Shown here one piece after another: positions 1-10,374 of a DNA stretch of 64,000 bases. The stretch comes from Candidatus Bathyarchaeia archaeon (GTDB taxonomy: Archaea > Thermoproteota > Bathyarchaeia > 40CM-2-53-6). Location of the stretch: assembly GCA_049517415.1 (NCBI GenBank), contig JBEKSC010000010.1:1-64000 (forward strand), written 5' to 3'. Both the position numbers and the translations under genes were made by a program. The notes below the pieces were generated by a model. The model was not told the DNA's origin. It did not search any database and saw nothing but the letters and a program-made list of their open reading frames with translations. Each line of letters begins with the position of its first letter. Position 1 is the stretch's first letter.

Positions 1-84
1 ATATACGGGCCGGTTTACAGGCCAATATTCAGGACCAAAGCGCTCCTCAAGCGTGCTGAACCCACGCCAGTCGTCGCGCGCTAG
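1..84 (+). CDS. Possible 3' end of a gene entering the window (IYGPVYRPIFRTKALLKRAEPTPVVAR*)
   Basis: Frame open from base 1 to TAG 82-84; too short to assign a function. Confidence 0.35.
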   Translation: MYGPVYRPIFRTKALLKRAEPTPVVAR

Positions 85-215
85 CTAACGGCTAGGTTCG
101 GATGCACGGTTCCGCAGTTACTACAGTACTTGGCATCTTCAACCTCGAAGAAGTCTCCGTCGTTACGTATGACGAATGTGTCTCGGAACCGATGCCCGAT
201 TATCTTGCAGACCAT
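81..215 (-). CDS. Small putative zinc-binding protein, 44 aa (not in ORF track)
   Basis: Manual translation MVCKIIGHRFRDTFVIRNDGDFFEVEDAKYCSNCGTVHPNLAVS; CxxxGH...CxxC ligand pattern. Confidence 0.6.
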   Translation of the reverse strand: MVCKIIGHRFRDTFVIRNDGDFFEVEDAKYCSNCGTVHPNLAVS

Positions 216-364
216 GCTCAATTCGATCACTGGGACCGTATAGGGCCGCATGATATATGAATGTTCCGTTTATGGAACATCTATGTATCGGCATAGGACA
301 TAACGAGTTTCATAAGACCCCCCGCATTTAGCCACACATTCATCAACGCGAGGAGGGGCCCAAT

Positions 365-2242
365 TTCTGTGGTATAGCCGGCTTTGCCGGCCTCAACGAC
401 GAACTCCTTCTCAAACGGATGATTGAAATCATTCACCATCGGGGCCCCGACGATACAGGGTTCTACGTCGACTCGAATATTGGGTTGGCAAATGCCCGCC
501 TGAGCATCATAGACATCGAAGGCGGCCACCAACCGATTCAAAACGAGGATGGAACGGTACACGTCACATACAATGGAGAAATTTACAATTACCGTCAACT
601 TCGCCAGGAATTAGAAGTGCAGGGGCACAGCTTTCGCACTAAATCAGACACTGAAGTCATAGTTCATGGCTACGAGGAATATGGCGAGGGTTTTCTCGGA
701 AAACTCAACGGAATGTTCGCCATTGCCCTCTGGGATTCAAAGCTAAGGAAATTGATCCTCGCACGTGACCGAATGGGAATAAAACCCCTATACTACACAA
801 TTCGAAAAGGAACGTTGCTCTTCGCGTCAGAGATCAAAGCAATTCTCCAATTACCCACTAGCAGAACAGTGAGCTTAGAATCTCTCCACGATGTACTCAA
901 CCTAGGATACATACCTGGAAAGGGGACGCTCATAGAAGGAATCTCTAAACTCCCACCATCAAGCTTTCTTGTATTCCAGAACGGAATTCCTCGAATCGAG
1001 ACTTACTGGGAGCCTCCCTCACTCGACCCAACCACAGACGAAGACAAGCTAGTTAGTGAGCTTCAATCGGCACTGGAAGAATCAATCCGTGACCAACTCG
1101 TAGCCGATGTCCCCGTGGGTTGCTTTCTAAGTGGCGGGTTAGACACCTCAACTATAGTCGCTTACGCCTCAAAGGCCTCCAACCAGCCTTTGAAGACATT
1201 TTGCATGGGCTTCGGTGAAGAGACCGACGAGTTTCAAGATGCCCGATTCATTGCCGAGCGCTTCGGCACCGACCACCATGAGTTGACCGTGGATAGCTCC
1301 CAAGCCATGAAATTATACCCCAAAATGATCTGGCACATGGAAGCGCCGAAATACAACCTCTACCCATGGTTCGTATGCGAACTTGTCCGAAAATATGTGA
1401 CAGTTTGCCTCAGCGGAAACGGAGGCGACGAAGTTTTCGGCGGATACTACGCTAGATACCAGAACGCGCTTAGAATTCAGAAGCTCACAAAGAATCCTCT
1501 CTCCTCTATACTCAAAATTCCCGGAGGCATGTTTCAAGGCATTCCACAGAACATGAAGGCCAAGAACAGGCTGCGGGTCATGAAATCGCTTGGAGACAAC
1601 GCCTCCGAATATCTAATCCTGGCAGGAGTGCTTCCTGATGCATTCAACAACGAGTTATTCAGAGATGAAGGGCATCCCGTCGAGGATGTGAAAAAGCAAT
1701 ATACCCCGTTCTTCGAAAAATGTAATTTCATTCAAGGCTTAATGAATGCCGAATTAAGAACGAAGCTTGTTGATGACCTTCTTTCCGTCGACGACACGAT
1801 GAGCATGGCACACTCCCTTGAACTCAGAGTTCCACTTCTAGACAATCGAATCGTGGACCTGATGGCACCTGTTCCTTGGCAGATGAAGTATCAATCCAGT
1901 ACGCACGGGAAACTCTTGCTCAGAAAAGCGATACGCGGAATCCTGCCCGAAGAGAGCCTTCGCAAACCGAAATGGGGCTTCAGCGTAAATGTCCAAGCCT
2001 GGTTCAGAGGTGAAGTTGGCGAATTGGTCCGCCAAGTTCTACCGGAATCAAAGGTCATTCAGAGATATTTCCGGGCGGATAGAGTTCGGAAGCTTATCGC
2101 AACCACAACAGATTCCGACCAAGACAGGCGTCAACAAGTGCTTCTATGGCAACTCCTCGGCTTTCACTTATGGCATAGAATATTCATAGACAGCGATAGG
2201 GTGGGCGCTGCCACCCTTGGGCCCGAGGCGTTGGTGGCCTAA
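365..2242 (+). CDS. asnB: Asparagine synthase (glutamine-hydrolysing) family amidotransferase, probably glycan-amidating
   Basis: CGIAGF at 368, HRGPD, NGEIYNY, RDRMGIKPLYY, LSGGLDTS, GDEVFGGY, MAHSLELRVP. First ATG (419) lies downstream of the catalytic Cys; start placed at TTC 365 by homology. Confidence 0.9.
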   Translation, partial: FCGIAGFAGLNDELLLKRMIEIIHHRGPDDTGFYVDSNIGLANARLSIIDIEGGHQPIQNEDGTVHVTYNGEIYNYRQLRQELEVQGHSFRTKSDTEVIVHGYEEYGEGFLGKLNGMFAIALWDSKLRKLILARDRMGIKPLYYTIRKGTLLFASEIKAILQLPTSRTVSLESLHDVLNLGYIPGKGTLIEGISKLPPSSFLVFQNGIPRIETYWEPPSLDPTTDEDKLVSELQSALEESIRDQLVADVPVGCFLSGGLDTSTIVAYASKASNQPLKTFCMGFGEETDEFQDARFIAERFGTDHHELTVDSSQAMKLYPKMIWHMEAPKYNLYPWFVCELVRKYVTVCLSGNGGDEVFGGYYARYQNALRIQKLTKNPLSSILKIPGGMFQGIPQNMKAKNRLRVMKSLGDNASEYLILAGVLPDAFNNELFRDEGHPVEDVKKQYTPFFEKCNFIQGLMNAELRTKLVDDLLSVDDTMSMAHSLELRVPLLDNRIVDLMAPVPWQMKYQSSTHGKLLLRKAIRGILPEESLRKPKWGFSVNVQAWFRGEVGELVRQVLPESKVIQRYFRADRVRKLIATTTDSDQDRRQQVLLWQLLGFHLWHRIFIDSDRVGAATLGPEALVA

Positions 2243-2245
2243 CCT

Positions 2246-3094
2246 TTGAGTTACCAGATGGTGGTAGTAGCTAGAAACGCTGCCCCACACCTCAAACGAA
2301 CAATCGACTCCTTGCTCAACCAGACCTTGAAATCGGAAGGAATCGTGATTGTTGATGATGGGTCCACCGACTCGACCCCTAGCATTCTTCGAGGTTACGA
2401 GCGTGAGCACCACCCAACGGTTAAGGTGATAACTCGGCCGGACCAGGGGTACGACATTCGCCGCGTCCCATCGAACATAAACCTCGCTTGGAAAACCATG
2501 AGTTCCTCCGGCTTAGCATCCGACTTCTTCATGATAAGTGGCGACGACTGCTTCTACCCACCACATTATGCAGAGTCCCTACTCGCGAAAATGCGCGCAG
2601 ATCTAAGAATAGTGGTCGCAAGCGGTCGCCCATCAACGAGCACACCACTCTCCCGTGAACATTCAGCATCCGGGAGTGGGCGAATGATTAACGAGCAGTT
2701 TTGGCGTGATGTGGGTGGTAGATACCCACTCATTGCGGGTTGGGAGAGTTGGCTCCTTTACATGGCTTCCTTGAATGGATTAAAAGCATCTTTATTCGGT
2801 GACCTAGTGTTCGAGCATTCTCAGCCTCGCGGCGCAAGGCATCGGTTCATCTATTGGGGTGCAGCCATGCAGACGTTAGGATATCATCCCCTATACGCTG
2901 TAGGAAGAATCGCGAAGAACGCGGTAACCACAACAGTGGGACCGAAGGGTTCGATCAATATGCTTCGAGGATATTTGCAAGCGGTCTTGGGGTCGGATGA
3001 CCCGTTTGTTTCACCATTCGACGCAGTACTGCGACGGTTTGTCCGCCAGGAACAAGCCCAGAGAATTATTCGTGTATTTAGGTCGGTTCTCTAG
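2246..3094 (+). CDS. Glycosyltransferase family 2
   Basis: RNAA..L..TIDSLLNQT, IVDDGSTD, GDD. Confidence 0.85.
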   Translation: MSYQMVVVARNAAPHLKRTIDSLLNQTLKSEGIVIVDDGSTDSTPSILRGYEREHHPTVKVITRPDQGYDIRRVPSNINLAWKTMSSSGLASDFFMISGDDCFYPPHYAESLLAKMRADLRIVVASGRPSTSTPLSREHSASGSGRMINEQFWRDVGGRYPLIAGWESWLLYMASLNGLKASLFGDLVFEHSQPRGARHRFIYWGAAMQTLGYHPLYAVGRIAKNAVTTTVGPKGSINMLRGYLQAVLGSDDPFVSPFDAVLRRFVRQEQAQRIIRVFRSVL

Positions 3095-3101
3095 GGTGTG
3101 C

Positions 3102-4775
3102 TCATTGAACGAACTTGTTTACTATGGGCATCTTCCAGCCCAGGCCAAAGGCTTTCTTGGTTATCTTGATTGACGGCGCAGCTTGGTGCCGTTTGTATTC
3201 CGCACCCCTAATTCGACGTACCGTGTCCTCGACGACATTCTGAGGGAACCCTTTCTGAATCAGCTCTGCTTCGGACAAGCGGTTCTCGATCACCTCATCG
3301 ACGAGAGGCGAAACGACGGGATAGTCGAACGGGTCGAATTGATCAGGCTTGAGTTCAGCTGAAGGGATCTTGCTGAAACAATTCTCTGGAATGACCGACT
3401 TCCCTACCCTCTGGTTGTAGTATCGAGCTAGTGCGTAAACCTCCATTTTGCTAACATCACCGATTACCTCAAGGCCACCGCTCATATCCCCGTAGAGGGT
3501 TGCGTATCCTAGGGCCAACTCGGTCTTGTTCCCTGTGGCAAGGACTAGCCCGCCGAATTTGTTCGATAATGCCATCAGTATGTTCCCCCGTATTCGAGAT
3601 TGGAGGTTCTCTTCAGCCACGTCTGCGGGGCGTCCATGGAAGTGCGGCGTTAGCTGGTTCAGATAAGCGATGAAGATCGGCTCTATGGAAATGGAGAGAT
3701 AATCAGTGCCCAGATTCTCTGACAATAGTTGCGCGTCGCTCTTGCTGTGGTCGCTTGAATAACGTGAAGGCATTGAAACACCCGTCACGTTCTCCTTTCC
3801 CAGCGCAGAAGCTGCGATGACAGCAACCAGTGATGAATCAATTCCACCGCTAAGGCCTACGAGTGCCCGTTTGAAGCCTGTTTTCCTAAAATAATCCCTC
3901 ACGCCGAGAACGATGGCATCAAACATTGCTTGGTCTTCGGTCGACGTGGGCTCTGGAACCTCGTGTGCCCCTAATCCATTCGAATCGACATCTACGATAA
4001 CCAAATCCTCCTCGAATTGTTTTCCTATACCAATCAGTCGACCTTTCGCATCTACGGCGATGCTTTCGCCATCGAAGACCAACTCATCCTGCCCCCCGAC
4101 TTGGTTGACGTAGAAGATCGGCACCTTAAGCCGAGCCGCTTTTCTCTTCAGAATTCGCAAGCGAATGTCGCGGATTTTGTTATGGAATGGCGAAGCGTTG
4201 AGGTTCACAATTAGGCGGGCGCCCTGTTCGCCTAGAGCGTCGACAACTTTCACGGCGTACCCTACTTCTTCATCCCAAATGTCTTCACATATGGATGCGC
4301 CAAGTGAAACCTTCTGTCCTTCAATGTCGACGGCCACGGGTTTGTTTGCGAGGGCTGAGGCGAAGTATCGTTGTTCATCAAACACATCGTAAGTTGGGAG
4401 AAGTGTTTTGTAGACTATGCTCTTTACGCTGCCTCGACAGATGACTGCGGCTGCGTTGAATAGGTTGACATCATCATAATCGACAAATCCGACAACCGCC
4501 GTGATCGTCCCGATTTCTTTGGCGAGGTCGAGGAGATGTTGTTTGTTTAACCGGACGAACTCGTCCTGTTCAGGCTTGCGATCACCCGCGGGCGGCCGAG
4601 TCTCACGAGGGGGTAGCAGGTCGAGCGGCGGATAGCCCGTAATGGCCATTTCGGGAAAGGCTACGAGGTCAGCTTTGGCTAGCTCAGCCTTGTGAACGTA
4701 TTCTAGAATTAGCCGTGAATTACCATCCAAGTCTCCGACGGTCGGGTTGATTTGCGCCATTGCGATGCGCGGCAA
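3102..4775 (-). CDS. nadE: Glutamine-dependent NAD+ synthetase
   Basis: Nitrilase domain (FPEM, K..LPTYDVFDE, ICEDIW) fused to synthetase domain (LSGGIDSS, ENLQSRIRG, TGNKTE, PSAEL). Confidence 0.95.
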   Translation of the reverse strand: MPRIAMAQINPTVGDLDGNSRLILEYVHKAELAKADLVAFPEMAITGYPPLDLLPPRETRPPAGDRKPEQDEFVRLNKQHLLDLAKEIGTITAVVGFVDYDDVNLFNAAAVICRGSVKSIVYKTLLPTYDVFDEQRYFASALANKPVAVDIEGQKVSLGASICEDIWDEEVGYAVKVVDALGEQGARLIVNLNASPFHNKIRDIRLRILKRKAARLKVPIFYVNQVGGQDELVFDGESIAVDAKGRLIGIGKQFEEDLVIVDVDSNGLGAHEVPEPTSTEDQAMFDAIVLGVRDYFRKTGFKRALVGLSGGIDSSLVAVIAASALGKENVTGVSMPSRYSSDHSKSDAQLLSENLGTDYLSISIEPIFIAYLNQLTPHFHGRPADVAEENLQSRIRGNILMALSNKFGGLVLATGNKTELALGYATLYGDMSGGLEVIGDVSKMEVYALARYYNQRVGKSVIPENCFSKIPSAELKPDQFDPFDYPVVSPLVDEVIENRLSEAELIQKGFPQNVVEDTVRRIRGAEYKRHQAAPSIKITKKAFGLGWKMPIVNKFVQ

Positions 4776-4804
4776 ATGATATCGACGCGAGTAGGCAGGT
4801 TTGG

Positions 4805-4819
4805 AAACAAAAGCCTTTG
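4805..4819 (-). promoter_or_regulatory. Putative BRE/TATA promoter of nadE
   Basis: CAAAGGCTTTTGTTT 30-45 nt upstream of TTG; same motif recurs upstream of four other genes. Confidence 0.5.
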
Positions 4820-4826
4820 CTAACCT

Positions 4827-5822
4827 CTATGTTGATGAAGCAACGTGTTTGGCGGCCCACTTGAGGAATCCAAGAAATTGCAGATAGATCTTATGGCGCG
4901 CAGAGCCAACAGGGAAAGCCCCGCTTTCTTTCAGCCGCCCCGTAAGTAATCTCCAAGTTGTGCTTCCAGTTATCAAGTCCAATCTTCTCGATAATCGCAA
5001 ATTGGAAATTGTATTAGTTATGCGCTCATTGTAACGGAACTCTAAATGAGCATTGACACGGTCGAGCATTTCTATAGTCGACTCAGTCCTTTCTACAGCA
5101 CTTTTGATTCTCCATGCTGAGCGTGAATGATACCGGTACGCGCTCATAATCTCGTTGAGGAATGAAATCTTTCCGTGCTCTGCGATGAATATTGCGAGTG
5201 GCCAGTCAATGAAGCTAAATCGCGAGAACATATCGGGCAGCTTGCCATGAGAATAGTTACGGAAGACCATCGATGATGCGGGGATGAAGTTCGAGATCAG
5301 CAGATCTTCGAGACTGAAAGTAGATTTATGGAGGTCCGCGGGAAATACTCTCAGAGGCTCCTTCCCTGGATCCTGTGAGGAAAGACTCGGCTCCCGACCA
5401 CCTTCCTCGCCAACTAATAGGGCCTTGTGGAAGCTCATAGAGTAATCATTGTATGCTTCCAAGAAACTGACCTGTCTTTGCAGCTTGAGCGGAGAGGTCC
5501 AGTAGTCATCTCCCTCCAAAATAGCAACATATTCTCCTCGGCATTCTCTGAAAGTGGTGATGAAATTCCTGACCATCCCCAGATTCTTGTTACGGAGAAG
5601 AAGCCGCACTTTGTCGGAGTGAGTCTGCTCGTATTGAACAATTATACTCCGCGTCCTGTCGGTCGAACAGTCCTCGCCTACTACAATTTCGTACTCAAAA
5701 TTCGTGTTCTGCGCAAGGGCGCTCTCAAGAGCCTGTTTAATGAAATGTTCATGATTGTATGTAATCATCAGGACGCTAACCCTTGGCAATCTAGCCATCC
5801 TAGCTCTTCCCATCCCTTTCAC
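4827..5822 (-). CDS. Glycosyltransferase family 2
   Basis: VSVLMITYNHE, EDCSTD, GEYVAILEGDDYW; start may be a later ATG. Confidence 0.9.
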   Translation of the reverse strand: MKGMGRARMARLPRVSVLMITYNHEHFIKQALESALAQNTNFEYEIVVGEDCSTDRTRSIIVQYEQTHSDKVRLLLRNKNLGMVRNFITTFRECRGEYVAILEGDDYWTSPLKLQRQVSFLEAYNDYSMSFHKALLVGEEGGREPSLSSQDPGKEPLRVFPADLHKSTFSLEDLLISNFIPASSMVFRNYSHGKLPDMFSRFSFIDWPLAIFIAEHGKISFLNEIMSAYRYHSRSAWRIKSAVERTESTIEMLDRVNAHLEFRYNERITNTISNLRLSRRLDLITGSTTWRLLTGRLKESGAFPVGSARHKIYLQFLGFLKWAAKHVASST

Positions 5823-5946
5823 GACTATCAGGAAGGTGTCATGGATATAGGGGATATAGCGCTCGTATTCGACTGCACAGAACGATTGACTTGCCTTACT
5901 TCAATGGCCGACCCAAGCAAATTAGGAAGGGAACCCTTGGTGTTGG

Positions 5947-6639
5947 TTAAACTCCCCACTTATGAGCATCATTAAGAGACTTTGGGAACTGCCTGTGTGG
6001 AACTTTTCGAACCACTTTTGCTGGTGAACCATAGGCAACGACATTATCGGGAACGTCCTCCAAAACTACTGCACCTGCGCCTACAATCGAGTTCTTTCCG
6101 ATTCTGACGCGCTCTTTTACAATCGACCCGATTCCGACCCAGCTACCTCGACCCACAGTGACTCGGCTTGCCAACCGCGCTCCAGGCGCGATATGCACGC
6201 CCTCTCCAATTCTACATTCGTGATCAACACTAGCGCAAGTATTAATGATCGCATTATCACCAATCTTCGAAGCCGCAGAAGCCACAGCTCCAGCCGCAAC
6301 AACCGTGCCCACTCCGACTTCGACATCGCTTGCCACAGTCGCACTCGGATGAATTGCAGTAGCCAAATGGAACTTTTTCTCGCGGGCGAATTCTGATAAG
6401 TTAAGCCTGGCCTGGCAATCGCCAATCGCAATAATCAAGGTCTTGACCTTCGCTCGCCGTAGCCGCTCTAGTTGCTCCTGACCACCGAGAATCTTGGCCC
6501 CACAAAATCCTATGTTGCGCCGCTGTGGGTTCACATCATCTAGAAAGCCTACGATTTCGTAATCGCCCTGTAGCCGAACGATATCAGCGACGACCCGCGC
6601 GTGCCCAGAGGCGCCCCAAATCACTAATTTACCTCGCAA
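5947..6639 (-). CDS. NeuD/PglD/VioB-family sugar acetyltransferase
   Basis: GASGHARVV N-terminus, hexapeptide repeats, VDHEC, GAGAVV, G.PAK. Confidence 0.9.
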   Translation of the reverse strand: MRGKLVIWGASGHARVVADIVRLQGDYEIVGFLDDVNPQRRNIGFCGAKILGGQEQLERLRRAKVKTLIIAIGDCQARLNLSEFAREKKFHLATAIHPSATVASDVEVGVGTVVAAGAVASAASKIGDNAIINTCASVDHECRIGEGVHIAPGARLASRVTVGRGSWVGIGSIVKERVRIGKNSIVGAGAVVLEDVPDNVVAYGSPAKVVRKVPHRQFPKSLNDAHKWGV

Positions 6640-6655
6640 GAGAGAGACCTGCTAC

Positions 6656-7879
6656 TTATCGGTCGGGAATCGGAACAGACCGTGACGAGTCCTTTATTCG
6701 GTGATTGATTTCGTCTCCCCTCGCAATTGCAAATTTGAGGATGTTGCAGATAACATCGATACTTTCAACATCAACAGTCGTACCGTTTGGCAGATTCAAC
6801 ACTTGGTTAGCTAACTCCTCCGTGTGAGGTAAACGGAGAGCGGGCTGGCGCGAACGATAAGGGGCCATTCGATGGCACCCGGGGTAGAAGTAGCGCCGTG
6901 CTAGCACGTTTTCCGCCCACAATATATTCTGTATCTGATTTCGGTTGATTTTGCTTGCAGAGTCGTCAATTTCCAGAATTATGTATTGATAATTGCATTT
7001 TTCGTTTTCGTCATACGATAACATTGAAATTCCTGGAAAATCAGCTAAGTTCAGCTTGTATCGAACGTAGTTACGGTAGTTGACGTCAATGAACTCTCCT
7101 ATACTTTCTAATGAAGTCAATCCCATAGCAGCCGCGACTTCGGTCATTTTACCATTCGTTCCAGTGCTGACAACATCATCATAGCCGGCGAATCCGTAGT
7201 TCCTCATTAAACGAACCCTTACCGCTAAATCGTCATCGTTTGTCACTATCGCGCCACCTTCAAATGAGTTTAGGTACTTCGTCGCGTGAAAGCTGAAGAT
7301 CTCTGCGTTTCCAAAGGTTCCGATCATACGTGTCCTGTAGGAACAGCCAAACGCGTGGGAAGCGTCAAAAATCAATTTGAGCTTACGGCGTCGAGCAATG
7401 TCGCTCAACTCATCGATAGCGCACGGGCGCCCCCATAGATGCACTGCGGCAATGGCGGTCGTATACGGGGTAATGAGCTCCTCCACATGAGAGGCATCCA
7501 TGTTGTGGGTTCTACGCTCGATATCGCAGAAAACAGGCCGGACGCCAAGCCAATCCAAGGAGTGGGGGGTAGCAATGGCTGTGAACGATGGAACGATTGC
7601 TTCACCCCGAACCCCGAGAGCTCGAATCGTGATGCCCAACGCGATAGTAGCGTTGCAAGTGGCAATGCAATGTTTAGCGCCTACCGTGTCGGCGATTCTT
7701 CGTTCAAACTCTTGGACGAATGGACCATTATTGGTCAGCCATCGTCCATCTAAAATTTGGTTGACGCGTTCTAGAAAGCGTTCCCTGTTGCCGAGATTCG
7801 GGCGTCCCACATGCAACTTCTCTCTGAAAGCTGGAGTGCCTCCGAAGATGGCGAGGTCATCTAGTTTTTCCTTTTTCAT
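6656..7879 (-). CDS. DegT/DnrJ/VioA-family NDP-sugar aminotransferase
   Basis: DASHAFG, FSFHATK (PLP lysine), EGGAI, GTNGKM, RRYFYP. Confidence 0.92.
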   Translation of the reverse strand: MKKEKLDDLAIFGGTPAFREKLHVGRPNLGNRERFLERVNQILDGRWLTNNGPFVQEFERRIADTVGAKHCIATCNATIALGITIRALGVRGEAIVPSFTAIATPHSLDWLGVRPVFCDIERRTHNMDASHVEELITPYTTAIAAVHLWGRPCAIDELSDIARRRKLKLIFDASHAFGCSYRTRMIGTFGNAEIFSFHATKYLNSFEGGAIVTNDDDLAVRVRLMRNYGFAGYDDVVSTGTNGKMTEVAAAMGLTSLESIGEFIDVNYRNYVRYKLNLADFPGISMLSYDENEKCNYQYIILEIDDSASKINRNQIQNILWAENVLARRYFYPGCHRMAPYRSRQPALRLPHTEELANQVLNLPNGTTVDVESIDVICNILKFAIARGDEINHRIKDSSRSVPIPDR

Positions 7880-8078
7880 GCCTTACCCATCTGCTGGCAA
7901 TATCCTAGCAGCTGTTCCTGTGTCCGCCAGAAGCTCTTTTTGTGAAATGTGCGAGGTCGGCTAGGGTTCGGAATTTTCGCCTTGACCTTCGTGTAGGCCA
8001 TTCGAAGCCGATGCAACCATGGGAAAAGACCATAGATAAGACCTAGTGAGCAAATCTCCTACTAGTTTCGGCGTTATC

Positions 8079-8909
8079 TCACGGAAATAGTTCACCTAGT
8101 GCTCTGAGAAAGGTGGACGCAAATTCTGAAGGTTCCCGTTCCTTCGGAACATCCGTCATAGTATGCCCGTTGAATGTGACTTGCAACCCGCATAGTAATG
8201 CCTCGTGAACCATTCTTGGGAGGCCGTCTTCTGTGCTCATGCGAATCAATCTCTTGTGGCGTCTGTACAACGCTGGCATCTGGGAGCGCTCTACGAATGG
8301 GATCACTTCGACGTTCGGCAATTGAATTACATAATTCGCTGGGTGGGAAACATTCCCGATTATGGTGACTTTCTCCTCTGGATGAGCCTTCGCATATTCG
8401 ATAACCCATGACAAGCGGTAGATTTTCTCGTTTGCTTCGCCGCTAGGACAATAATACAGCATATCTCGGTCGGGAGTAACTTGCAGCAGCTTCCCTTGCT
8501 TGAACGCCTCAGTAGCAATAGGGAAGGGCAATACCACTCCTTTCTGTCCTATCATTTCCTCAAGATGAGGGGAAACATAGAACAACAGATCGCAATGCCG
8601 GAGGACGTACCTCCAATACCGTTGCCTCCAAAAAGAGAGCTCGCGCTTGACCCAATACGCGTCGCTGCCCACAAAATGAATGATGGTTTTCCTTCCGAGC
8701 AGTTTGGCGGCTAGAATGTAACGACTGCATGTCTGGAGGTAGATCCCATAGACAACGCCGCACCTCAATATTTTCCTCAGGCTGGGGATCTTGACTCGGT
8801 CGGTCCATTCGGCGTCGATTCCGTTGGACTGGAGAACTTCAGCTACCATGTCGGCGTTAGGTGAACCCGCTCCAACTACCAACACTCGAGGTGGTCGTTT
8901 TATTTTCAT
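8079..8909 (-). CDS. GT-B fold glycosyltransferase-like protein (short)
   Basis: HFVGSDA, YVSPHL, EDGLPRMVHEALLCG (GT4-like motif). Confidence 0.7.
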   Translation of the reverse strand: MKIKRPPRVLVVGAGSPNADMVAEVLQSNGIDAEWTDRVKIPSLRKILRCGVVYGIYLQTCSRYILAAKLLGRKTIIHFVGSDAYWVKRELSFWRQRYWRYVLRHCDLLFYVSPHLEEMIGQKGVVLPFPIATEAFKQGKLLQVTPDRDMLYYCPSGEANEKIYRLSWVIEYAKAHPEEKVTIIGNVSHPANYVIQLPNVEVIPFVERSQMPALYRRHKRLIRMSTEDGLPRMVHEALLCGLQVTFNGHTMTDVPKEREPSEFASTFLRALGELFP

Positions 8910-9135
8910 CTTAGGCAGCTCTCACTGCAGCCTCTATGGTGACAAAAGTCATTTCCGGCCACCATACGACCATATGTCAAGTTCAACTACCCCCACTAAC
9001 GCGTATCATCGTTACTCACAGGCAGCTAAGTCTTTGTAAGGACGACACAACTGACTGTTCAAGGACCTCATCGACAAGCTTGCTCACAGTCCGTCATCAT
9101 ACGTCTGACTCAAACGTTCAATTATGTACTCGGGT

Positions 9136-10230
9136 CTAACATGCATGGGCGCAGCTAAGGTATATCTGAATGTTCGTTACCGCCGCACCGATGAAGACCA
9201 ATACGTATATGACAAAAATGCGGACGACGCTAGGGATTCTAACAAAATTACAAATTTTCTTAGACGCCGCAACCATTCCACATGCTAATAACGGCAATAC
9301 TGCGGGCCAGGTAAGAAACGAATACCGCTGTGTCATGACAGGCCAGATCCACGCATTTATCGAAAGTATTGCAAAGCAAAGCACAACCCACATCCTGTCC
9401 TTGGACTTGACGTTAAGAAAACCGAACAATGCCAGGATCGGATAGATAGAGTACCTTAGTGCTCTGGGAAAGTAGGGTACAAACGCGTTGATCATGGTCT
9501 GTGCAAGATTTCTAAGGCTCCAGTTTGACCCTCCGACCTCAGTTGCGCTTTGAGCAGCACGGAATTTCTGGAATATGATGAACGGATCAACTCCATAACC
9601 CCTCAACAAGATCAACTCTAGAGAGGCAACGATCGCAATGGCGAGAAGGACCGTACTCAATCTTCTTTGGGAGACTCTGACAATTGTGAGGAAACCAACA
9701 CCGAATACTACACTCTCTCTGAAGATGACTCCCGCAACAGCTACGAGGTCCGCGCAGAACCTGCGCGTAGTGTTAGCCGGATATTGGTAACTAAGTAAGA
9801 CTGCGAGTCCTGTAAAGAAATATCCGGGAGAGTCCACTAGAACTGCTGCTCCAAACCAGAGTATCGTCGGTGCCGTCGCAAAGAGAATCGAGGTAAGCAC
9901 TCCTATCTCCTCGTCCCCGAACATTCTCTTGCCTAACGCGTAAGCCACGAGTGCCGCGAGTACAACGAAACTCGTGTTTGCTAGTGCATAGGTTTGTGAG
10001 AGGCTTAATCCTAACATTGAAATCAAGCTCACGATTAGTGGCAGCATAGGTCTCACCCAGAGAAATTGATATGCGCCCGCTTTCCCCGCCAGACGGGAAA
10101 ACTCAAGGTATTCTGATGAGTCGGGAAATGCCCTTCCGAAGCTCAGCCCGCAAGACAGAATTGAAACGAATACAATGAAAGCGAGGATTCCGAGCCTCTT
10201 GGGATTCTGAGTGAGTTTGTCGAATAACAT
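9136..10230 (-). CDS. GT-C fold membrane glycosyltransferase (PMT/GT39-like)
   Basis: Multiple TM segments, FPDS.EY acidic loop, RP..P, FRE; ORF open to 10341. Confidence 0.7.
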   Translation of the reverse strand: MLFDKLTQNPKRLGILAFIVFVSILSCGLSFGRAFPDSSEYLEFSRLAGKAGAYQFLWVRPMLPLIVSLISMLGLSLSQTYALANTSFVVLAALVAYALGKRMFGDEEIGVLTSILFATAPTILWFGAAVLVDSPGYFFTGLAVLLSYQYPANTTRRFCADLVAVAGVIFRESVVFGVGFLTIVRVSQRRLSTVLLAIAIVASLELILLRGYGVDPFIIFQKFRAAQSATEVGGSNWSLRNLAQTMINAFVPYFPRALRYSIYPILALFGFLNVKSKDRMWVVLCFAILSINAWIWPVMTQRYSFLTWPAVLPLLACGMVAASKKICNFVRIPSVVRIFVIYVLVFIGAAVTNIQIYLSCAHAC

Positions 10231-10374
10231 GACCCGCCGAAATACAAAGTTCGTATATAGCACTATCCGAATTTTCGTTAAAGCTCCTATGTCGAAAGTC
10301 GTGTCGAGATTAATGGCATCGATGACGTTTCTGGGAAACATATCAACAGTCTTGAGGCTGAGTTAGGTCATGCC

